From the NCBI GenBank assembly GCA_964035545.1, contig OZ037769.1, positions 13,112,633-13,176,632 of the forward strand: a stretch of 64,000 bases of DNA, in the 5' to 3' direction. A model generated the notes under the pieces. That model saw only the letters and a list, made by a program, of their open reading frames with translations, was not told where the DNA came from and ran no database searches. Below, piece by piece: positions 55,501 through 64,000 of the stretch. Numbering within the stretch: position 1 is the stretch's first letter; each line of letters opens with the position of its first letter. Made by a program: the position numbers and the translations under genes. The DNA comes from Bugula neritina (lineage: Eukaryota; Animalia; Bryozoa).

Positions 55501-57712
55501 GGGGGCGCTGCTGATAGAGCAGTACCACGAGAGTGTGAAACAGCAGTCTAAGACTAGGAACAAAGGCAAACGCGGGGCGGAGGTTGTACTTTTACCACTC
55601 AATGTGTTGTTATTTATATGCATGTGGGGTGTCATGTAGCCATAGTATCTGTTGTAATGGAGCTGTTTGTTTTTTGTTGATCTGGATATGACCTTGACCT
55701 CAACTAGTTCTATAGGACGATGTAGTCTGTGTTAATCCAGCTCATACATGACTCAATACGTTTTATATGCTATTACAGTTGATTATGCAGCTACTACATG
55801 TCTTGTTAAGAACTTTATGGGACGTATTTCTATACACACAGCAGATCTTTATTGTTCATTAGAAGATTTAATCTGTTGAATCCCTTAATTTTTTATAATA
55901 TAGTAATATAATATTTATAAATAATTAATATAAATATAATGTGATATGATAAAATATAGTAATATAATATTTATAAACAGTCAATATAAATATAATGTAA
56001 TATAATATAATATAGTAATATAATATTTATAAGTAATTAATATAATAAATAATATTATAATAAATTGAGAAAGTTGTTTATATAAAATCTAGTACCAAAT
56101 TCTTGCCAGCCAAACTAATATAAGAAGTTGCAGAAGTCTGTATTGTTGAACTGTTTTATCTGTAGGCATTGTCTGCCCTTGCCGGTCTCCTGGAGGAAGA
56201 TTCCTCGGCTGTGTCTGACACGAAGCTGATAGACAACGCGTGGCGAGGGGCGGAGGCCTATCATTTCTACCTCCTGGCTCAGAGACAGCTGTATCAAGGT
56301 CATGTGGCTAAGGCTTTCGTCACCTCTCAGGTGCTTACGCTCTACGAGGATATCATGAGTCCCAAGATGATACACTCTCTCATAGGTATGCTAGTGTTAC
56401 ACCACACTAGAAAATGTGTCAGCTGCTGTTATGCCACACTATAAGATCTAATCGATGTTGCGCTGGATCAACTTACAACTGAAGAATGCTTTTTGGTTAA
56501 TATTATTAGGAGTCATCTTCCCATAAAGTTTATATACCAGCAATTATCTTTAGTGCAAAGAAAACTAGCCATACTTTAAAAGAGTATAATTTAATAATGG
56601 AGTTTTATATTTTATAGCAGTTTTAAATGGAAAGTTGCAACAAAGTAAAAAAAATTAAATGCAATGTTAGCAATAGGCAAAACTCGTAATCGTAAAATGA
56701 TTTTGAATTTTTTATAAAGTATGTGATTTAAAAAAAAATAAATAACTGATCAATATAGAATGCAAAGCATACGAGAGGGGTAAATATTAGCGGTATATTC
56801 TCTGTTAGTCATCGGCTCTGTTGACGTTTCATGACGTTATGCTGTTGCAGCTCTCATCAGCGTCACGTCTAAACAGTTTGCCACGGCCTCCAAATCCTTC
56901 ACCAAACTGGAAACTCTTCCGGATCTTTCCGAGAGTGAGAAGGAAGAGTTTGGTGATTTGGCACTGGAGGTGTTCATCAAGTGAGTCACGTTCTGTTAGT
57001 GAAAGTGTCTTTATTACGTTCATGTATGTGTGTGGTACTCTACGTCGTGCGTTTAGTCATAGGCCCGATTCATTATCAGTTGAATTTGTCACTGTAGTTC
57101 AGTTAGTGCCTGAAACTTTCTAGCTGAGCTAACTTACTTCTATAAGTTATAAGAACTTAAAAGTATAAGTAATAAAAAATTATATTATTATGTTCTGTCC
57201 TTCTCAAACTTCAAGATTTTCAATATATATTTACTTATTCTATTATGCTTCACAAATACGCTCTTCTCTATAATTGCAGGTACAGTCCAAAAGACAAGGC
57301 CCCAATGACCTTCAACTACCACAGTATGACTTCAGAGTGAGTGTTGTCACCATGGTGATTAGTATATCCTAAACACTTGGTAGAATTATGTAGTTCTACA
57401 GTTAATTGTGGTTGTTCATGTCTATTGAAAGTATATTTAGCAATAGTGTTAATTTTATACTGTGTTTGCTGTATCCACCAATCACAAAGCAGTTACCATT
57501 ACTCCTTCCAATCATAAGTTTAGTTTTACTTCATGGACCAATCACATTCTTCCAATCATTACAGAGACGCCAAGAAGTTAGTGTGTGTAGCATCTGGTAG
57601 AGAAATGAATGAGTACCAGTTCTGGATGTGCAGCACCTGCAAGCACTGTGCCTACGAGAAAGAGATATCTCAATACAAGACCTGTCCACTCTGCCACACT
57701 TCTATCAACTAG
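40518..57712 (+). CDS. WDR35: WD repeat-containing protein 35 / intraflagellar transport protein 121 (IFT-A), 25 coding exons, ~1169 aa
   Basis: GT-AG exons: 40518-40541, 41465-41582, 41676-41837, 42507-42688, 43576-43656, 43942-44110, 44440-44579, 45162-45287, 45802-45894, 46229-46321, 46759-46955, 47763-47886, 48030-48139, 48646-48856, 49449-49577, 50420-50626, 50959-51044, 51787-51933, 52339-52534, 54270-54482, 55436-55582, 56166-56385, 56851-56980, 57280-57336, 57565-57712 (sum 3510 nt). Starts [14 protein letters not shown]; contains [48 protein letters not shown]; ends [11 protein letters not shown]...CPLCH. Confidence 0.96.
41858..42035 (+). repeat. 34-bp intronic minisatellite (~5 copies) in WDR35 intron 3
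   Basis: aaggtcactgtcacagctcaagcattgcagtgtc units. Confidence 0.9.
45410..45826 (+). repeat. 53-bp tandem repeat containing the WDR35 exon-9 splice acceptor, 8 copies
   Basis: tatatatattcactatatacttacag|tgggggtacttcagtaatactgtatag; acceptor AG ends at 45431, 45484, 45537, 45590, 45643, 45696, 45748, 45801. Confidence 0.95.
46385..46735 (+). repeat. 20-bp intronic minisatellite (atgttatactgtatactcac)
   Basis: ~17 near-identical units. Confidence 0.95.
46975..47655 (+). repeat. 17-bp intronic minisatellite (tgttagttactatatac)
   Basis: Dozens of near-identical units. Confidence 0.95.
48267..48455 (+). mobile_element. tRNA-derived SINE in WDR35 intron 13
   Basis: gggagcagccgtggtctaggagttag...gggttcaagccc head; homologous to the inverted copy at 15820-16026. 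Confidence 0.75.
48841..49270 (+). repeat. Degenerate ~31-bp tandem repeat derived from the exon-14 donor junction
   Basis: Recurring aacatggagc(c/t)tgag|gtgggtgtggctaat-like units, ~12 copies. Confidence 0.8.
52542..54260 (+). repeat. 15-bp intronic minisatellite (tgtaatatactatac), ~1.7 kb
   Basis: Fills almost all of WDR35 intron 19. Confidence 0.96.
54880..55425 (+). repeat. Compound tandem repeats (~96-bp and ~30-bp units) in WDR35 intron 20
   Basis: Recurring cctgctatacatataactactacagcta and tgctatactattcctatactatataata units. Confidence 0.85.
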
Positions 57713-58321
57713 AACACATTAGATAAGGCGTCAAGAAAAGGCCGAGTAATGCTTAATCGTTCTGCAGTCAATACTACAACACCAGGTGGCAGCACTCACA
57801 ATCTTTCCTCCGCTATCAAAGAGCTAGCGGGAGTCTCGCCAAACTGTTCAATAAATAAAGACAGCTTGGAGAAAGACCGCGAAGTCATTACGACACGAAT
57901 ATTTTCCCAAAATTTGATTGGAACACCGTCTGCTTCACCTTGACCTCTGTTTCACCTTGACCTCTATTGTAAACGGTATACAAGAGTGTCGTTGTGAATC
58001 AAAGTAGCAGCACTAAATTCTCAAGTTCTTGGTTAAATCGATCTCTTTTCTTGTTTTATTTAATATGTTTTAGTTGATATTTCAGAAGTCACTGTTTTAT
58101 AATTTTCCGTCCAGTCTTTGAATATAGCTGTTATAGCACAGATCTGCTTTGTTTATATTCAGAAATGCAACCTCTAATAAACCATAAAAGTAATTCTATG
58201 CCCTTAATGCTACGCAAGACATTAAATTATATGAATTGCTAACAAAACTTAATGTTTCTCATCAGCTCCCCCACTGCTTGCAATGTAGGTTAGAGACTAG
58301 TATATTTAGTCTGAGTAGTGT

Positions 58322-58807
58322 TTAGTCACTCTGTACTTTTGTCGTGTCCAACTGATATAGGTGATAGCCATCTTCTTCAGGTATAACAGTGGCTCCAGTT
58401 TCGACTGAAAATTCGTGAAATCCCATGTCATTTTTTGATGATACCCATTCTAGCTGAAAACATCCCATTTCGAGTGAAATATCAATTATTTTTGTGAACA
58501 ATTGGAGTTGCACCTCCTTTCTTAATGTTGCTAATGCATAGAGCTCACTCATGTTGATATATCGGCCAACGTAGACGCAATATCCAAAGGAGTAAATCAG
58601 ATAGCCTACTATCCTAGTGTCTATTTCACAGACTAAACAGTAGAACTTTGCGGGCTTGCTGATGTAGTCCTCAATCAACTTCTTTATGTTAGGTACATGG
58701 CTAGTTGGCAGTCCAAACTCTTCTGTTCTCTTTATTATCAGTGGATGAATTTGGGTGAAATCTTCTTCTGTAGCTTTCCTTACAATCAGTTTATCAACAT
58801 GCTCCAT
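58322..58807 (-). CDS. GNAT-fold, diamine/spermidine acetyltransferase (SAT/SSAT)-like protein, paralog 1
   Basis: 161-aa intronless ORF: VRKATEEDF..IHPLI, FYCLVCE, IVGYLIY, GRYINMSELY, GCFQLEW; lacks the RxxGxG motif. Confidence 0.8.
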   Translation of the reverse strand: MEHVDKLIVRKATEEDFTQIHPLIIKRTEEFGLPTSHVPNIKKLIEDYISKPAKFYCLVCEIDTRIVGYLIYSFGYCVYVGRYINMSELYALATLRKEVQLQLFTKIIDISLEMGCFQLEWVSSKNDMGFHEFSVETGATVIPEEDGYHLYQLDTTKVQSD

Positions 58808-60423
58808 GATGGTTTTTCATCCCACTGAAAATGAATACCTTGTAAGCTATATTCTATCATTGTGCGTGTGCGGTGGTACGTAACGTTTTGAATTATGTGC
58901 AAGGCACGCCTTTTGTGCGTACTGCTAATTCGGTGTCCCATTAGATTACTAAATGACCGAATTATCTGGGTAGTACTGCAATAATTACACTAATCTTTTT
59001 AGTAGTATCCCAACTGGCAGGTTTATGGAAAGCATATGCTAAGTACACAGATATATGAAACCAACATAACATTCCCCATAGCCTCATATCTTATAACATT
59101 GCAAACAGTGTAACTCTACTAAACCAGGTTGTGTTTGTAATTAAAGGAGCTAAACTAAAGTTCTACATTAAAAAAATATTGCTGGTAACAAAGGCTATTG
59201 TATGTAGTATTTGCAGTCATTGTGGCCCAGTTTATGTTGTTCTTTTTATGTGAATGCTCTACAGAATTGTGCCCAATTAAGAAATTAACATGGCGTGCAT
59301 TATTAAAGAAGATATGAAGAGCTTAAACAAATAATGAAAGTTTACTGCAAATAACAAATTTGTGAAATTTAGCACTGAGCTTGCCATGATACATGCTTTC
59401 ATACGCTTGGCAATTGTTGCTCAAATTTAGCCTATATTACACATTTATATAACCCCTATAACTACATTATAGCAAAAGCTAACTATACTACAATAATATT
59501 TAAACGATTGGAATGTAATAAACATACACTGCATCTGAACCGACTTCGATCTGTGTGGGTACAACCCAAAAATTTGAGCTGAGGCTAATTTATTTATTGT
59601 GAATACCAGATTAAGCCCATTGAACATGGTGGTTGGCATTTGCTATCAACTTTGGGATATTGAATGGACTTGGCCAGTTTTCTCATTGAAACTCAAGTAA
59701 AGTAATTAAGTTATTATCGCTCTACAGATGGTTTAATACATTCCTATATAATGCAAAATTTAATATAGAGTCATCTCTCATACTTTGATAAAATATGTAT
59801 CCATTTCACACTTGTTATCCTGTCATCTTACTTTTTAACTAAAGTAAATTTTTATACCCCCTTCACTCTCATGAGCATTCTATTCGAATTAATGTGCATG
59901 ATTTCACTGCATGTCATCAATCATGTGCGCAGCAGTATCGGAAATCTAATCACCAGCTCATGTGTTTGATGTATATCAGTGTAGTCAGAAGCCTTACTAA
60001 CTTGCCTTTCAGAAACAGACTTCAAAGTTAAACTGGCATGCATTTTTTATTTCTACCAATAGCTTGCGATCTTAAAGATACATGAATAGCTTAAGGGGAG
60101 GGGGCTAGTGAAGGAACAAATCCACATAGATCAACTGATAACAGCTTTGAATACACTATAGTTTTTTCCTGACGAAGAAATAGAAAAGCAAATATCACAT
60201 ACATGAGTTTATTCTACTGATCATATGTTTTATAAATGCTATTTGTGGGCTTAAGGTGTTAGTTTAGTTCAATACTGGGAAAAGATAATTTGAATACACA
60301 CGGACACCAACAACTTCATCACATCATAGATGCTGAATATGAGCATAGGATGGAACAATTACATGTCATTAAAACTTATTCCTTTGTACTCAAATTTCTG
60401 CATTCTGTTATAGTTCCTATCAG

Positions 60424-60930
60424 TCATTGTCTACTTGCAGACAGCACCTGTCTTTCAATGTCAAGCTGATCAAGCTGATAATGCACGTACCCTTCCTCCT
60501 CAAAATAAACCGTGGCTCCATGTTTAATCCAAAACTCATGCATTTCTAAACTGTTCTTGGATGAAAGCCAGGCTAACCTTTGATGTCCTGTGTTCAGAGT
60601 TATCCTAACCATTCTCTTGAGCAGTTGAAGCTGTGCCACTTCTTGATATTCAGGAATTGAATAAATTTCGCTCACATTAGTAAATCGGCCACTGTATACA
60701 CAATATCCATATGTGTAGATCACATAGCCTATAATCTTAGTATCTAGTTCACATACTAAACAATAGAACTTTGCGGGCCTGCTGCAGTAGTCCCTAACCA
60801 GCTTGTTAATGTCAGAGATGCCGCCATCTGACAAATTTAATTCCTCAGCTCTTTTAACAATCAGTGGATGGATTTGGATAAAATCTTTTCCTGTTGCTTC
60901 CCTTATAACTAAACCATCAACTTGATTCAT
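60424..60930 (-). CDS. SAT/SSAT-like GNAT protein, paralog 2
   Basis: 168-aa intronless ORF clearly homologous to the flanking paralogs (IREATGKDF, PAKFYCLVCE, LAWLSSKN). Confidence 0.8.
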   Translation of the reverse strand: MNQVDGLVIREATGKDFIQIHPLIVKRAEELNLSDGGISDINKLVRDYCSRPAKFYCLVCELDTKIIGYVIYTYGYCVYSGRFTNVSEIYSIPEYQEVAQLQLLKRMVRITLNTGHQRLAWLSSKNSLEMHEFWIKHGATVYFEEEGYVHYQLDQLDIERQVLSASRQ

Positions 60931-61823
60931 ATTTTAGGCTGCACTGTTATACAAAAGCTAAGCATGCACTGCTATATAGATAGTGTAGTGTCAGTGTAGT
61001 TCTAACAGTGCGTTAGTACTGTATCACATTGACAACCAATCATAATTGTTTATTTGCCAGTCTAAGTTAGTTATAAGTGCGCTAGTACTATATCACATTG
61101 ACAACCAACCATAATTGTTTATTTGCCAGTCTAAAGTTTTTTTGTATAAGCAGTCAGTTATAACATAACATGTTTGCAAGAGATCAATAGGCATTTAGGT
61201 GCAGGTGTGGAACAACTGCAAAATCTTTTAGATGCTTTTCAATTGTTTTCATGAATTTTAGTTTGATTGGAATGATCATCTATATATGGCTTAATTTTAG
61301 TGCTAAATTATCAAACAGTGCAGTATTTCAAGCTATATGTGAATATTTGGTAGTTAGTTTGTGTAAAAATGAGAACACATACATACACTAGTACACTAGC
61401 AGTAAAAACCTTTATTATTCGCTATGTATTTATTGCAAAGATTTGACTAACATACCAATTGGGGTAGAAATTTACTTATATATACCTTAAAAACACTAAT
61501 ACCTACTAAAACATATTTATAAGATATATTAGTCGTTGACACAATAGTATGTGTCAGAATAAAAGATAACATTCCTATACATCTATATATGGTATATATA
61601 CAGTGTAATATCTGATTTTAAATGTTTCTAGCTTAACCAATATGCTCTCATCTCTTAATCTATATCCAAAGTTAAACTTGCTTCAAGTGATATGTTTTAA
61701 TCTGAAAGCCTGTTACTTATATTCAGACATATTATATAGAAACTTGCATCTGGTAACTCCAATATAATACATGTGTGCAAGTAAAGATTACTTCACCAAG
61801 TAATGATATTTTGTATTAAACAG

Positions 61824-62321
61824 TCACTCTGTGGCCAGACAATGTCGATCCTGGATTGTAGACACGTCCAGCTGATAATGTAAATATCCTTCTTCTTCAG
61901 AGTAAACTATGGCTTCATTCTTTATCCAGAACTCATGCATTTCGGAGCTGTTCTTAGATGAAAGCCAGGCTAACCTCTGGTATCCCAAGTTGTTAGTTAT
62001 CTCCACTATTCTTTTGAATAGTGGGAGTTGTGCCGCCTCTCGGTATTTAGGACTAACGTATAACTCTTCCATACTGATTGATCTGCCCAAAAATACGCAA
62101 TATCCATGAGTGTAAATTGCATAGCCTATGACTCTAGCATGAGCTGTTTCACATACTAAACAGCAAAACTTTGCGGGCTTACTGTAGTAGTCCTTAACCA
62201 ACTTATTAATATCCGCTACATCGTTAGTTGCTAGACTAAGCTCTTCTGCTCTTTTCACAATCAGTGGATGGATTTCTGTGAAATCTTCCCCAGTAGCTTC
62301 TCTTATAATCACTTCATCCAT
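61824..62321 (-). CDS. SAT/SSAT-like GNAT protein, paralog 3
   Basis: 165-aa intronless ORF (IREATGEDF, GRSISMEELYVSPKYR, LAWLSSKN). Confidence 0.82.
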   Translation of the reverse strand: MDEVIIREATGEDFTEIHPLIVKRAEELSLATNDVADINKLVKDYYSKPAKFCCLVCETAHARVIGYAIYTHGYCVFLGRSISMEELYVSPKYREAAQLPLFKRIVEITNNLGYQRLAWLSSKNSSEMHEFWIKNEAIVYSEEEGYLHYQLDVSTIQDRHCLATE

Positions 62322-64000
62322 GACTTATTAGTAGTCCCAGCTATAAGCACTACGCATGTAAAGGCCACCAGGCTTATTACTGAAGCAGGAGTGTACCTAC
62401 AGAAAGGTTTCTAGTACTCTAGCTGATTAGAATGACATAATGCTGGGATACTGATAGGGGATAGATCTGCAACCAATCGCGTAGCTTTAAGAGTCTGTGA
62501 TATATAAATGGCTGCAAAAATGCAGTCATTTATTTACATAATCATTATTACACTAGACTTTACAGAGTTAACAAAGAAGGAAGTATAGCCTTGAATCCTT
62601 ATTTGAGTAAAAATATGGGTGCCTGTGCAGCCTCCTTTCCTCATATACAAGTGGAGCTTCACTACTACTCATAAAATATATTTAGTACAAGTGTACTTTG
62701 ACCTTTCTGTTTATGGTCTTATATATCTATCACTGAATAATATGAGTGGGGAGGTTTACTTTTGTTTAGTACATTTTACGTGAGCCACCACGGGTATTTT
62801 TGATAAATATGATATTATATATTACTTTAATGCATGCACTGCATCTTAAAATTATTTTTTACACGCATGTGGATTAAATATATTAATATAATAATATAAT
62901 ATTGGCTTGTAGACTAAGTTTACGTCATTTAGGTAAAAGTATGGGTGGGTGTGCAGCCTCCTCTCCCCATATTCAAGCAGAACTTCTTTGTAACAAAAGT
63001 CACAGGTTTGTCTTATTAGATGAATTGTGTGCTGCAAGTTCTTTTCGAAAATCTATTTATTTATTGGAAGTCAAAATGCGGTTCTGGAAAAGATTTTCTG
63101 CTAAATTCACAGCACACACAAAATTCCAATTTCAATAGTTTTAAAAGGTGCCATCCAACATTTATTTGTGGTGCTCAAGCTTATAAGCGTGATCCATGTG
63201 TGTTTTAATTCAAGAAGCATGACTCCAAAATGATAAATTAAACAATAGGACAATTGCTTTATACCGATAACTATAGAACTTAGAACTGCATGCTTGTATA
63301 AGTCATGAAATTAATTGAATACAATTTATATGTTATATATTGTATTTCAACAGTATATATACATGTATTCCATGTAGCCTGTGCTCGATGTTTTTATTGA
63401 CAGATACATGAAGAGTTAAACTGTATATATAGCAATTTCCTAGTTTCCATTGCATCAAATGAATCACCCATCAATACCCCTTGATGAATTACTGTTTTCC
63501 TGTTATGCTAAATTTGAAATTTGTAAATTTCGAGAAAGATATACATTACATAATCTGGGGATAATCTCCTATAGTGAAAGCATGAATAGTATGACACAAT
63601 AATACTACATGCTTTTCTTTTTAGTGAGAGTTTTACACCCTTGTCATGTTTATAACTGCTATAAGAAGTGTATGCACTTATCATACGCCAACTTTATTTT
63701 ATTTGTATTTTAATATAATTTAGTGCAAAATATAAGCAACAGATATGTCATGCTGATTTTTTTCTTTTTATCACCTGAAATATACAGTTTAGCTAAAAAG
63801 ATATATCATGAACAGTCAGTACTTTTGTAAACATGTACCAGCTTAGTTCATGAATTTAAAATTAAAGAATTCTTGACACATTTCAGCTATGCAGCATTAA
63901 GGTAGTTAGTTATCGCTGACTTCCATTACATGCTATTCTTAGCTGCTGCAACACACAGCTTTATCGCTGACTTGGCTTAAAAGTTTAAACTTCAAATTTA

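Overview
AT-rich eukaryotic (invertebrate metazoan; species not determinable) genomic DNA in four zones. (1) 2.8-8.9 kb: a single, non-tandem quartet of replication-dependent histone genes in two divergent pairs (H2A<->H2B, H4<->H3). Each ends in a histone 3' stem-loop plus downstream element. There is no H1, and a separate intact but strongly divergent H2B copy has a mutated octamer. (2) 9-23 kb: long (TA)n/(GT)n/(AC)n tracts, MITEs, SINEs and a small two-coding-exon gene for an unrecognised ~156-aa four-transmembrane protein. (3) 24-39.8 kb: a dense stack of transposon relics, with all confidently orientable ones on the + strand. In order: a solo LTR; a frameshifted CxxH-type DDE transposase followed ~300 nt later by an orphan tandem pair of histone stem-loops with a correctly spaced downstream element; a Penelope element with a hammerhead ribozyme; a piggyBac end; a MADF/BESS-like remnant; a Gypsy derivative carrying a spliced C2H2 zinc-finger accessory gene; an AcademX element; nested MITEs. 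(4) 40.5-62.3 kb: a complete 25-coding-exon WDR35/IFT121 gene (~1169 aa), whose introns carry minisatellites that repeatedly duplicate splice sites (eight tandem acceptors before exon 9), then three tandem SSAT-like GNAT genes lacking the acetyl-CoA-binding Gly motif. All calls were made by eye; no database searches were run.
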